Source: Clostridia bacterium (lineage in GTDB: Bacteria > Bacillota > Clostridia > Christensenellales > UBA1242). Taken from it: 64,000 nt of DNA. The stretch lies in the NCBI GenBank assembly GCA_017507215.1, contig JAFWBI010000004.1, forward strand, positions 19,617 to 83,616, read 5' to 3'. Position 1 is the stretch's first letter, and each line of letters begins with the position of its first letter. The position numbers and the translations under genes are program-made. The notes below the pieces were generated by a model. It did not search any database, was not told the origin of the DNA, and saw only the letters and a list, made by a program, of their open reading frames with translations. This document shows positions 39,528 to 48,965 of this stretch, piece by piece.

Positions 39528-40841
39528 GTGAAATTAGTTAATTTTAAAGGTATTCATCCGTTTACAAAAAAATTATCCGTTGGTATTGATGTGACACCAC
39601 TCAGACCAATGGAGTTTTATAATGTTCCATTGAAAGTAAAAAACATTGCTGAATCTGAACCAGCTGTTCAAATTGGCGATGAAGTTAAGCAAGGAACTTT
39701 GATTGCAAAACCATCTGGAAATTTTGGCATCAACATTTACTCTCCGGTTAGTGGAAAGGTGTTAAATATCTTCAGCAAAGTTACACTCAGTGGCGAATAT
39801 GCTAAGCATATTCTCATTATGAATGACAACAAAAATGAAGTTCAAGATTTGCCAGAAATTGATTCTGTTAGTGATGTCACACTCATCAGCAGGCTTCGTG
39901 AAGCTGGCATGGTTGACACAATTTCTGGTATGCCAACATATTTGAAATATGCTTATGTTGGTGGCAGAGCTTATCGAACACTCATTATTTTGATGGACAG
40001 CACTGACTTGAATAGTTCAACAAATCAAACACTTGCTGAATATAAGACAGAAGAAGTTATAAACGGTGCTAAATATTTCATGAATATTACCAGTGCACCA
40101 CATATAATTTTTGTTTTTACTGAAGCAAATAGAAAGCTTGCTGCGAAAGTCAAAAAACATATTTTAGACACTAAAAAGAACTACGATTTTAAAATTAAAT
40201 TTATTCCAAATAAATATCCTTTTGATGACCCATACATTTTGACTAGTCTTGTTTGTGGAAAGTCAATCAAGAAAGGCAACTCATTCCTTGAAGCTGGCAT
40301 CACCATTGAAAATGCTGAGTCATGTTATAATTTCTGCCGTGCAGTTGAATTTAATAAACCGGTTACTGGAAAGATTGTGACCATTGATGGAAACAATGCT
40401 ATTAGAAAAGGTAACTATTTTGTTCAAAATGGTGTTTCGATTGAAAACATTTATGACTTTATTGGAATTGACGATAAAGAAACTTCTTCAATTTTGATTG
40501 AAGGAAATGTTATGGCTGGAACGGCTCAATATAACAAAGATATCTCTGTTTCACTCACAACAGATTCTTTGATTTTGCAAAAATTTGACGAATATGATGC
40601 ACCAAAAGAATATCCTTGCATTTCTTGTGGAAAGTGTGCAAGTGTTTGTCCTGTGTTTTTGAATCCGAAAAATATTGATAACGCTTATTTGAATGAGCGA
40701 TTTGATGAAATTCCAAAACTCAACACCCACGCATGTATTGAATGTGGTTGTTGTTCATATGTTTGTCCAGCAAGGCGTTTCTTAACTCAAAGAATTGCCG
40801 CTGCAAAACATTATGATAAAACAAGTAGGGGGGCGAAATAA
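39528..40841 (+). CDS. RnfC-like subunit (Fe-S motifs kept, NADH/FMN motifs degenerate)
   Basis: N-terminal RnfC barrel-sandwich pattern (AKPSGNFGINIYSPVSGKV). C-terminal CISCGKCASVCP and CIECGCCSYVCPARR. The GxGGAGFPT and NGAECEP blocks are not recognisable. Confidence 0.7.
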   Translation: MKLVNFKGIHPFTKKLSVGIDVTPLRPMEFYNVPLKVKNIAESEPAVQIGDEVKQGTLIAKPSGNFGINIYSPVSGKVLNIFSKVTLSGEYAKHILIMNDNKNEVQDLPEIDSVSDVTLISRLREAGMVDTISGMPTYLKYAYVGGRAYRTLIILMDSTDLNSSTNQTLAEYKTEEVINGAKYFMNITSAPHIIFVFTEANRKLAAKVKKHILDTKKNYDFKIKFIPNKYPFDDPYILTSLVCGKSIKKGNSFLEAGITIENAESCYNFCRAVEFNKPVTGKIVTIDGNNAIRKGNYFVQNGVSIENIYDFIGIDDKETSSILIEGNVMAGTAQYNKDISVSLTTDSLILQKFDEYDAPKEYPCISCGKCASVCPVFLNPKNIDNAYLNERFDEIPKLNTHACIECGCCSYVCPARRFLTQRIAAAKHYDKTSRGAK

Positions 40842-41770
40842 TGGAAAGATTTGTTGTAATGAATTCGCCATTTGTTCATAGTGGCAACGATGTAAATAAA
40901 ATGTTTATCTATATGGCAGTTGCGCTTACGATTCCTGCAGTTTATGGCATTATCTTTTTTGGAATTCAAGCAGCGTTTGTGATTTTGCTTTCACTTGCGA
41001 CTTGTTTGCTTTCAGAAATGCTTTTCAACCTTGTCACAAAAAAGAAATTTAAAGTTGATAATTTTTCATTTTTTGTTACAGGTATGATATTGGCGCTCAC
41101 ACTTCCAGTTGAAGTTCCGTTCTATGTTGTTATTGGTTCTGGTTTCTTCTCAATCTTTGTTGTTAAACAAGTTTTTGGAGGTCTTGGATTCAATAAGTTT
41201 AATCCGGCGCTTTGTGGAAGATGTTTGGCTGGTGTGATTGTTCCAGCTCTTGCAAGTGAGCTTTATGAGTTTACTCTTAATGAAGAGACATACACATCAC
41301 TTGCTTGTGGTGGTGAAAATTCAATCACTAACTTGCTTTCAGGTCAGGCAGTTGGTGGAATTGGAACAACCTGCATTGTTTTGATTTTTGTCTGTGCATT
41401 CATTTTGGCATACACAAAAGTCATTGATGTTAAAATTCCTATTATTGCTGTGCTTTCATATTTTGTTGTTGGCACAATTTCTGTTGGATATGAAAATGCT
41501 ATAATGAACATGTTTTCTGGTTCATTCGTTTTCATTTGTGTATTTATGCTTACAGACCCTAACACATCACCAGACACATTCTTAGGTAAGATTTTATATG
41601 CGATTCTTTTCGGTGTGCTTTCTGCACTTGTTTGGAATAACGGAAGCTTGGGAGAAAACAGTTTGTTTGCTGTGGCACTTGCTGTTAATATTGTTGCTCC
41701 TATTTTCGATAAATACTTAGAGATTAAACCAGTGGCAAGAGGGGGATATAGAAATGCATATAAAAAGTAA
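40841..41770 (+). CDS. RnfD/NqrB-like membrane subunit
   Basis: SPFVHSGNDVNKMF, GGLGFNKFNPAL, MLTDPNTSPDT. ATAATG overlap with the upstream gene. Confidence 0.75.
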   Translation: MERFVVMNSPFVHSGNDVNKMFIYMAVALTIPAVYGIIFFGIQAAFVILLSLATCLLSEMLFNLVTKKKFKVDNFSFFVTGMILALTLPVEVPFYVVIGSGFFSIFVVKQVFGGLGFNKFNPALCGRCLAGVIVPALASELYEFTLNEETYTSLACGGENSITNLLSGQAVGGIGTTCIVLIFVCAFILAYTKVIDVKIPIIAVLSYFVVGTISVGYENAIMNMFSGSFVFICVFMLTDPNTSPDTFLGKILYAILFGVLSALVWNNGSLGENSLFAVALAVNIVAPIFDKYLEIKPVARGGYRNAYKK

Positions 41771-42653
41771 TATTGAGCATATTGTTATCGACGTTATTAT
41801 AGTTGCTATATGTCCTTTGGTGCTTATCATGAATGATGCAAAAACTGCGTTATATTATGTGGCAGCAACAGCAATTTGTTTGCTTGTTTCAGCTATTTTG
41901 TGTTTGATGCTTAACAAATATTTAAGCAAAATAATGAAGGTTTTTATAACGACTGTTTTGTCGTCATTCTTGATAACTGTATTTAACTATGTTATCAAAG
42001 AATATGGATTTTTGGGGCTTGAAGCAACCGATAAAAACTACTATGCCATTCTTTCGACAATCGTTTTGAGTATTGATATATATTACATTGAAATCAAAGC
42101 GGCTGTTAACCATTATTTTGCAAGAGTTTTAAACTCAATATTTGTGTTTGCGTTAATTACAATGATTTACATTGTTATTAAAGAATTCTTGAGTGTTGGA
42201 ACGATTTTTGAATGGAAACCATTTAAATATTCTGGATTTGAATTTTTCAATACTTACACATTCAGCTTTATTCTATTAGCCATGCTTGCAGCATTTAGTT
42301 CAATGACATTTAGAGCCATTAATAAGCATTTGCAAGAAAAATCAATGGCATATGCTAAGCTTTTAAAACAAATCAAAAATGAAAGAATTTTCCAATATGA
42401 TTCACTTAGACGTCAAAAACTTTTAACTTCTGAAGTTGAAATTAAATATGTTGATGGCGATGAATATGAAGAGATAAAAGATAAAGATAACAAAAACGAA
42501 TCTCTTGCTGACCTTGTTTCTGATGAAGATGGTGAAGAAAAAGAACGTCACACTGAAGGAACAATCAAGAAGAGAAAATCTAAACTTAAAGTTTCGAAAG
42601 AAGCTAAAGTTCAACACATGTTTGAAAGAAGTACTAAAGGGGGTAAAAAATAA
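41754..42653 (+). CDS. divergent RnfE/NqrD-like membrane subunit with a charged C-terminal tail
   Basis: About 6 TM helices. VAICPLVLIMNDAKTALYYVAATAICLLVS resembles the LGLCPxLAVT block. The last 100 aa or so are Lys/Glu-rich. RBS GAGGGGG. Overlaps the rnfD-like gene by 17 nt. Confidence 0.5.
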   Translation: MHIKSNIEHIVIDVIIVAICPLVLIMNDAKTALYYVAATAICLLVSAILCLMLNKYLSKIMKVFITTVLSSFLITVFNYVIKEYGFLGLEATDKNYYAILSTIVLSIDIYYIEIKAAVNHYFARVLNSIFVFALITMIYIVIKEFLSVGTIFEWKPFKYSGFEFFNTYTFSFILLAMLAAFSSMTFRAINKHLQEKSMAYAKLLKQIKNERIFQYDSLRRQKLLTSEVEIKYVDGDEYEEIKDKDNKNESLADLVSDEDGEEKERHTEGTIKKRKSKLKVSKEAKVQHMFERSTKGGKK

Positions 42654-43231
42654 TGTTTGAATCATTTTTATCATACCTTGCGTTATATGGTGCTCAGTCA
42701 AATATATTTGTTTATAATGGTGCTGGAACACTTCAAGTTCAACGTGAAAAAATGTATAGGTCATATAGATATATCAATGCGTTGTTTTTGGTGCTCGGCA
42801 TTATTGTTACATCATTGATTTCATATGTGCTTTACAATTATGTTTATAGCAAATTTGATATGTTTGATATTGGCATTAGCGTCAATGTGTTTATTGTTGC
42901 ATTTTTCCATTTGATAATTTCATTCATTTGGCAAAAAATGTCTTACTTCAAATTCTATTTGTATGAAAACGCTTTTGCTTATGGTTTTGACGTTGCATAC
43001 ACACTTTCAGTTATTTTCACACTTGACATGACTGTTGTCTTTGTGGATTTCATTTGGGCAATTCTTGCAATCTCGATTGTTGTTTTAATTATGAACGTTC
43101 TTATGGGATTCTATATAAAGAGCATCAATAGGGGTTATATGAATGTTAACTTCAGAAACGTTTCGGCTAGAGTTTTCTTATTTGCTATATTTTCAATTTT
43201 ATTATATTACGCAGGAATACTTGTTGGATAA
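42653..43231 (+). CDS. divergent RnfA/NqrE-like membrane subunit (Cys-free)
   Basis: 192 aa, about 6 TM helices. The call rests on position in the operon and weak N-terminal similarity (SNIFVYNGAGTLQV). Contains no cysteine. Confidence 0.4.
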   Translation: MFESFLSYLALYGAQSNIFVYNGAGTLQVQREKMYRSYRYINALFLVLGIIVTSLISYVLYNYVYSKFDMFDIGISVNVFIVAFFHLIISFIWQKMSYFKFYLYENAFAYGFDVAYTLSVIFTLDMTVVFVDFIWAILAISIVVLIMNVLMGFYIKSINRGYMNVNFRNVSARVFLFAIFSILLYYAGILVG

Positions 43232-43240
43232 GGAGAACGT

Positions 43241-44023
43241 ATGTTAAAAATTGTTGTTTATGTGGCATCTGTTTTGATTTTACTTGCTGTTATTATAACG
43301 GTTGTTGTCATCACGAGCAAAAATAAAAGATTAGGCAAAATGCCAGAACTTGTTTATGAACTTTTGCCTAACTTAGATTGCAAGCAGTGTGGAAGAAATA
43401 ACTGTATGCAGTTTGCAGAAGATTTGACAAAGGGAAAGACAGCTCCAAGCAAATGTCCATATTTGAAAGGAAGCAAATATTTAAGGCTTAGACAAGTTTT
43501 AAAAAGAGAAAGAAAAGTTCACTTTGACACAGTTGCATTTGTTCGATGCAAGGGTGGTGTTGACTGCAACAATAAGTTTAAATATATTGGTGACAACACA
43601 TGTTCAAGCATGAACTTGCTTCATAGTGGCGACAAATTTTGCCCTAATGCTTGTCTTGGTTGTGGCGATTGCATTCAATCATGTATTTATGGAGCGATAT
43701 CAATTTCTGAAAAGGGTTGTGCTATCGTTGATAAAGATAAGTGTGTTGGTTGTGGAGAATGCGTTTACGCTTGTCCAAACCATATCATTGATTTGATTCC
43801 AAGCAAAAAATTTGTTGAAGTTGTTTGCAGCAACACTCAAGATGATTCTGTTGTTGTCAGAAATTGTAAAGTGGCTTGCACACACTGTGAAGCCTGCGTT
43901 GTGGCTTGTCCTGTGGGGGCAATTAAAATGGTTGGTGGTGCACCAAAAATTGATTCAGAACTTTGTGTTAAGTGTGGAAAATGCGTTGCTGCTTGTCCAG
44001 AACACGTTATTTCTAGAATCTAG
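43241..44023 (+). CDS. rnfB: RnfB-like polyferredoxin subunit
   Basis: N-terminal TM helix, the Fe-S domain LPNLDCKQCGRNNCMQFAEDLTKGKTAPSKCPYL, then four CxxCxxCxxxCP-type motifs. Confidence 0.75.
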   Translation: MLKIVVYVASVLILLAVIITVVVITSKNKRLGKMPELVYELLPNLDCKQCGRNNCMQFAEDLTKGKTAPSKCPYLKGSKYLRLRQVLKRERKVHFDTVAFVRCKGGVDCNNKFKYIGDNTCSSMNLLHSGDKFCPNACLGCGDCIQSCIYGAISISEKGCAIVDKDKCVGCGECVYACPNHIIDLIPSKKFVEVVCSNTQDDSVVVRNCKVACTHCEACVVACPVGAIKMVGGAPKIDSELCVKCGKCVAACPEHVISRI

Positions 44024-44177
44024 TTTGTTGTCAAATTATTTTCAAAAATAAAGTGAGATTATAAGTTTTTCATATAGATAAAGATTTAAATGAAAATATC
44101 TTTATAAACATATACTTTCAAAATGAAATATGATATAATCTCAATATAGAAATAGAATATTTTTTAGGAGTAGAATT

Positions 44178-45698
44178 GTGGATAAAATTGCTGTTGTAGT
44201 TGTTGAAACGTATTCTGCAAAATTAGTAATTGCGAATGTAGTTCAAGATAATTATTTTTCTATTTGTGACGTTGAAGTTGAACCAATCAAATTTGGGTTG
44301 GAGATGGATGATGACCATTTCTTGAAAAAGAATCAAATCATGTCTATCATCAGCACGCTCAAAAACTTTAGAAAGATTTGTGATATGTTTGCTGTTACAA
44401 AAACTATTGCTATTGCAAGTTTTGTTAAAGATACAAAACCAATGAATATTTATAGCTTCTTTGATGAAGTGTTTGTTACATGTGGATTTAGGTTTTCAAT
44501 GCTTACTCCAGAAGAACAAAACACAGCGATTTACACAGGCATTATGAATAGCTATGATATTCCAAAGGGATTCATTGTTAACATTGGTGCTGACAATATT
44601 CATTTAATTCAATATAATAGAAGAAATATTTTAAACCAAGCATATATTCCAGTTGGTCCTAAAACATTAATTGAAATGTATCCACTTGAAAAGCATGATA
44701 AAACTGAAGTTTTTGAAAAAGTGAAGAAGTATATTAAATCGCAACTTTCAGATTTTGAATGGATAAAAACCATTGAGCCAGAATATGTTTTTGTTGGAAA
44801 CGGAACATATTTTGAAGATTTGTCTAGAATGGATAGAATTTACACAAAGTATCCACTTGACAAAGATGATGGTTACCAATTAAAGTCTGCTGACATTTCA
44901 TATATCTTAAATCAACTTAAAGCACTTGAGCTTAATGAAAACAAGAGATTAAAACACTTGAACGAGCCAAGAGCAGACGTGTTTGCATATGCTGTTGAAA
45001 TTATGCAAGCAATTTCTGAAGAAGTTGAAAGAGAAAATATCACAATCACAACAAGGTCACTTGTTGAAGGTTTGTTGTTCAATTCTGTAACGCCAACTAC
45101 ACTTGAAAAACCAAATTCTGATATTGTTGGTTTCTCAGTTATGGCACAAACTGCTGAATATGAAGCTGATGCAACAAAGCACAATGAACAAGTTTATAAT
45201 TTGTCAATGCTTTTGTTTAAACAACTCAGAGTTTTGCATAAACTTCCAAGGGGATATGTTAAAGTTTTGAGAGTTGCGTCATATATGCACGACGTAGGAA
45301 AGAGAATCAGTTATAAAAACCACGCTCAACATTCATTTGAAGTTGTGCTTAATAGTGAAATTTATGGTCTTACACACAGAGAATTGATTCTTGCTAGTTT
45401 TGTGGCTTCACTTCACTCTGGCGGTGATTTGAAAATGGCTGACTGGGCTAAATATAATGGAATCTTAACTGTTGATGATATTGATGCAACCAAGAAACTT
45501 GGTATCATCTTAAGACTTGCAGAGTGTTTTGATAGAACTAAAAACAACCTTATTATTGATATCAACTGCGATATTTTGGGTGATTCAGTTATTATGAAAA
45601 CTGTTACAACTGCTGATGCTACTTTTGAGATTCAAAGGGGCATGGAAATTGGAAGAGATTTTGAAAAAATCTTCCATAAGAAATTAGAAATATTATAA
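44178..45698 (+). CDS. Ppx/GppA-family protein with a C-terminal HD domain
   Basis: GTG start after AGGAG. ASKHA-like N-terminal half (VVVETYSAKLVI, IVNIGADNIHLIQY). HD region RVASYMHDVGKRISYKNHAQHS. Confidence 0.6.
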   Translation: MDKIAVVVVETYSAKLVIANVVQDNYFSICDVEVEPIKFGLEMDDDHFLKKNQIMSIISTLKNFRKICDMFAVTKTIAIASFVKDTKPMNIYSFFDEVFVTCGFRFSMLTPEEQNTAIYTGIMNSYDIPKGFIVNIGADNIHLIQYNRRNILNQAYIPVGPKTLIEMYPLEKHDKTEVFEKVKKYIKSQLSDFEWIKTIEPEYVFVGNGTYFEDLSRMDRIYTKYPLDKDDGYQLKSADISYILNQLKALELNENKRLKHLNEPRADVFAYAVEIMQAISEEVERENITITTRSLVEGLLFNSVTPTTLEKPNSDIVGFSVMAQTAEYEADATKHNEQVYNLSMLLFKQLRVLHKLPRGYVKVLRVASYMHDVGKRISYKNHAQHSFEVVLNSEIYGLTHRELILASFVASLHSGGDLKMADWAKYNGILTVDDIDATKKLGIILRLAECFDRTKNNLIIDINCDILGDSVIMKTVTTADATFEIQRGMEIGRDFEKIFHKKLEIL

Positions 45699-45726
45699 AA
45701 AGAAGCCATTTGGCTTCTTTTTTTGT
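45697..45726 (+). terminator. intrinsic terminator
   Basis: AAGAAGCC-attt-GGCTTCTT followed by a T-run. Confidence 0.6.
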
Positions 45727-45747
45727 TTTATAATCAAATTAAGCAAA

Positions 45748-45779
45748 GAAAAAACACTATTTTTCAATAGTGTTTTTTA
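45748..45779 (-). terminator. intrinsic terminator of the minus-strand lipoprotein gene
   Basis: AACACTAT/ATAGTGTT stem with a T-run on the minus strand. Confidence 0.55.
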
Positions 45780-45781
45780 GT

Positions 45782-46945
45782 TTAGATTAATTCATTGTAG
45801 AACATGCAAACAAATTTTGATGTTTCGTCAATTTGAATTTCAATATTTAAAATCTTCAAACCTAATGTTAAATCATAAGCTTCGTTTACAACTGTTATAT
45901 TGCATGAATCATAAAGCAAATATGTTGATTCAGCAGTTTTTTCGGTAACAATGAAATTGTATTCTGTGTTTAAAATGTAAAGTTTATCTTCTGGTGTGAA
46001 GTACAATTCAAAGTTTGAAATTTCATCAAGAATTTTATCTTCTTCAACACCAAGCATTTCAGCTAATTTTTTGTTAGCTTCAACAACATCTAAGAAACCG
46101 GTTGTTGATTCAATTGATGCAGATGAATCAAGGTAATGATAATTTTCAGATAATGGATCTTCAGCCATGATATCAACAGCTTCAAAAAGTGTTAAAGTTG
46201 ATTTCACATAAAGTGGGGTGCAAACAACTTCATTTGTTTCTGAATCTATGTAGGTGAATTGATAGAGAATTGAAACAATGTCATTTTCAATAATGATTTT
46301 TGGTTGGCCTTCGGTTTCAATAATTTTTCCATCTTCAATATTGTAAACATAGTTGATGTATAAATCAATATAGCTATTTTTTGTTTTTGTGTAAAGGCTA
46401 GATAATCCAAGTAATGAACCATCAGATTCGTTTTTGTGTAAGCTTACAATTTTGCTGTAAGAAACTTCATCAGCAGTGTGTGTGGTTATTGATTTCACGA
46501 ATTCGTCAAATCCAAGTTGCTTTACAACACCGTAAACACCATTAAGGTCTCTTGTTTTAAAGTATGACAATAATTCAGCTTCTGTTATTTCAAAATAGAT
46601 ATCAGAAAAGGTGAGTGTTTCTTTGTTGTGATTATATAAACCTGGAGTTACTGGATAAGTTGGAGTTTGTTCTTCAGATTCAATTTTATCTTCTTCAGGT
46701 TTTTCAGCGTTTTCTGTTTCTGGTTCGGTTGATTCTTCTTTGTTAGTTTCGTCTTTATCTGTCACTTCATCAGCAACAATGTCATTTTCGGTTTCGTCTT
46801 TTGTATCACTAATTGATTCAGTTGTTGGGCTCACAGCAGCTTGTTTGCTGTCATCATTTTTACAAGCTGTGAAAGATATCATAGTTATAGCAACAACTAA
46901 AATAAGTGAAAGTGATTTGAATAAATTTTTAAATATTTGTTTCAT
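45782..46945 (-). CDS. putative lipoprotein with an acidic low-complexity linker
   Basis: Signal peptide with lipobox-like ...AITMISFTAC|KNDD, followed by a Glu/Asp/Thr-rich stretch. Confidence 0.55.
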   Translation of the reverse strand: MKQIFKNLFKSLSLILVVAITMISFTACKNDDSKQAAVSPTTESISDTKDETENDIVADEVTDKDETNKEESTEPETENAEKPEEDKIESEEQTPTYPVTPGLYNHNKETLTFSDIYFEITEAELLSYFKTRDLNGVYGVVKQLGFDEFVKSITTHTADEVSYSKIVSLHKNESDGSLLGLSSLYTKTKNSYIDLYINYVYNIEDGKIIETEGQPKIIIENDIVSILYQFTYIDSETNEVVCTPLYVKSTLTLFEAVDIMAEDPLSENYHYLDSSASIESTTGFLDVVEANKKLAEMLGVEEDKILDEISNFELYFTPEDKLYILNTEYNFIVTEKTAESTYLLYDSCNITVVNEAYDLTLGLKILNIEIQIDETSKFVCMFYNELI

Positions 46946-46960
46946 GTGCGTTCTCCTTAA

Positions 46961-47674
46961 TTAAAAATCATAAATGCTTTCATTGATTTCTTCTTCGATT
47001 ACAAATAAATTATATTCGTAAACAATGTTGATTAACAAAACATCAGGCTTTTCACTACTATAAATTCTTTCAAAAACATATAGTTTTGTTCCATTTGTGT
47101 TAGTTTGGTTGTCTGAAACGTCAATAGCTGAATCTTTTGATTTGTAGTTTAATGAGATATAATATTGCTTTTCAGAACCATTAAGTGTTACCAAAGACAA
47201 GTTGTCATCACCAACAAATTTTCCTGCAGAACCTGCAACAGGTCTAGGATTTTTAATTCCACCAGTTGTGGTGCTGATGTTTCCGTCATGGATAACGATA
47301 AGTTCACCGTCAACAGCTGCTGTTCTTTTTTGACTCTTTAATAAGTCAAACAATTCGTTTTCGTTTTTAACGCCTTTATTTTTGAAAAGGGCAGCAAGCT
47401 TTCTTGGATTGTCTAAAAGTTCATCACTATATTCAATTGTTTTGATTGTGTTGAAAACATATGAACCATTATAGTTTGATGAAACTAAACCGTCTGCGAT
47501 AGCCATGTTTGACATGTTTGATGCAGAATCGGTTGTTTGGTTTGCTGTTGGCGCATTGTCAGACTTGTCGTTTTTCTTTCTAATGATAAAAACGGCGCTG
47601 ACTGCAATAATTGCAACAAGCAAGATAGATATAATGCTAATTAAAATAATTTTTTTCTTTTTCTTTGAAACCAT
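46961..47674 (-). CDS. hypothetical single-pass membrane protein
   Basis: KKKKIILISIISILLVAIIAVSAVFII anchor. 237 aa. Confidence 0.45.
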   Translation of the reverse strand: MVSKKKKKIILISIISILLVAIIAVSAVFIIRKKNDKSDNAPTANQTTDSASNMSNMAIADGLVSSNYNGSYVFNTIKTIEYSDELLDNPRKLAALFKNKGVKNENELFDLLKSQKRTAAVDGELIVIHDGNISTTTGGIKNPRPVAGSAGKFVGDDNLSLVTLNGSEKQYYISLNYKSKDSAIDVSDNQTNTNGTKLYVFERIYSSEKPDVLLINIVYEYNLFVIEEEINESIYDF

Positions 47675-47811
47675 ATTTCACTCCCTAAGAAATATAATTT
47701 TTGGAACAAAAAAACACTTTGCTCCATTGCTATATAATTATAACAGTTTTTGAACAAAAAGTCAATACCTATTAAAATTTTAAGTTTTTTAGGAGAAAAG
47801 TGCGTTTTTTC

Positions 47812-48819
47812 TTAGTTATTTTTTAAAATTCTTTTCAAAAGTTGAGGATATTTGATAAGTTCGCCAGTGCCAACAATGTTTGATTTTGAGATATTTGAAA
47901 AGTGGATTTTAAATTTTGTCTGCTCAGACATGAATCGTTCAAGTCCAACAATTCGTGTGGAGCCACCATAGAAATAAATTCCGTTTTTTGCAATGTCTTC
48001 AACAATGGTTGGGTCTGCATCTTGAATTATTGAGTTGATGGCTTCTGCAATCTTTCCGTAGTAATATTTGATGATAGGGTAAAGTTCAGAAGATGTTATG
48101 GTTATTTTTTCTTTAGATTGTGTTTTTTGATTGATTCCAGTGATTTCCATTGATGCTGAGTAGTTTTCAAAAAGGGAACATATTTCAAGTTTAAGTTTGT
48201 CAACTTGTTCAAGTGTTACACTCATATTATATGTTTCTTCAATAAACTTTGCGATTGCGATGTTGATTAATTCGCCACCGATTGCAAAGTTGTAACCTTT
48301 TATGATTGAATAGTTTGAAACGGTTGCAATATTTGTTGTGTCACCACCAATGTTAACAATGAGTTGAGATGTTTCTGATTTTATATCGATTCCGTTTCCA
48401 AGTGCATAGCAGATGATATCTGGAACTAAAAACACATCAGCAATTCCAGCTTTAAAACAAACGATTTCTAATTGTTTTTTTTCAGCAGGGCTTATGCCGA
48501 GTGGAATACATAAGACAGCTTTTATGTTTTGTCCAATTTTTCTAACTGGAAAGATTTTCTTCAAAAACCCTTTTAACATTTGAATTGCCATCTCTTCATA
48601 TTGAATAACACCGTTTATGATTGGGGAGAAGATATTAATATTTTCAGGAGTTCTTCCCATCAAGTTTTTAACGTCATTTCCAATAGCTTTAACTTCTTTG
48701 AATCTTAAGTTAGATGACATAGCAATTAAGCTAGCTTCACGAAGCACAATTCCGTTTCCTGGTTTGTATATGTATGTTGTTGTTGAACCTAACTTCATTC
48801 CAATATATGATGTTGACAT
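47812..48819 (-). CDS. mreB: MreB-like actin homologue (divergent nucleotide-binding motifs)
   Basis: Collinear with MreB: IGMKLGSTTTYIY, VLREASLIA, GRTPENI, VNIGGDTTNIA, FYGGSTRIVGL. Start at 48819 with RBS GAGAGGTGGG; the track ORF extends to 48882. Confidence 0.8.
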   Translation of the reverse strand: MSTSYIGMKLGSTTTYIYKPGNGIVLREASLIAMSSNLRFKEVKAIGNDVKNLMGRTPENINIFSPIINGVIQYEEMAIQMLKGFLKKIFPVRKIGQNIKAVLCIPLGISPAEKKQLEIVCFKAGIADVFLVPDIICYALGNGIDIKSETSQLIVNIGGDTTNIATVSNYSIIKGYNFAIGGELINIAIAKFIEETYNMSVTLEQVDKLKLEICSLFENYSASMEITGINQKTQSKEKITITSSELYPIIKYYYGKIAEAINSIIQDADPTIVEDIAKNGIYFYGGSTRIVGLERFMSEQTKFKIHFSNISKSNIVGTGELIKYPQLLKRILKNN

Positions 48820-48965
48820 ATCCCACCTCTCTAAATTAATTATATAATATTTTTCAATAGACATACAACCACAAAAACACAAAAATTTTATAAATTATCA
48901 AAAAGTGACATAATTACAGAAATTAATGATAGGTTTTGTTTGAGTTTTGGTGATAGCATGTATGT

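Noticed and set aside
44055-44142. Nested inverted repeats (GAGATTATA/TATAATCTC enclosing ATAAAGAT/ATCTTTAT) between rnfB and the ppx-like gene
   Set aside because: The sequence is extremely AT-rich and the outer arm is simply the TGaTATAAT extended -10 of the ppx-like gene. There is no U-tract and no known motif, so it is probably chance or a simple operator.
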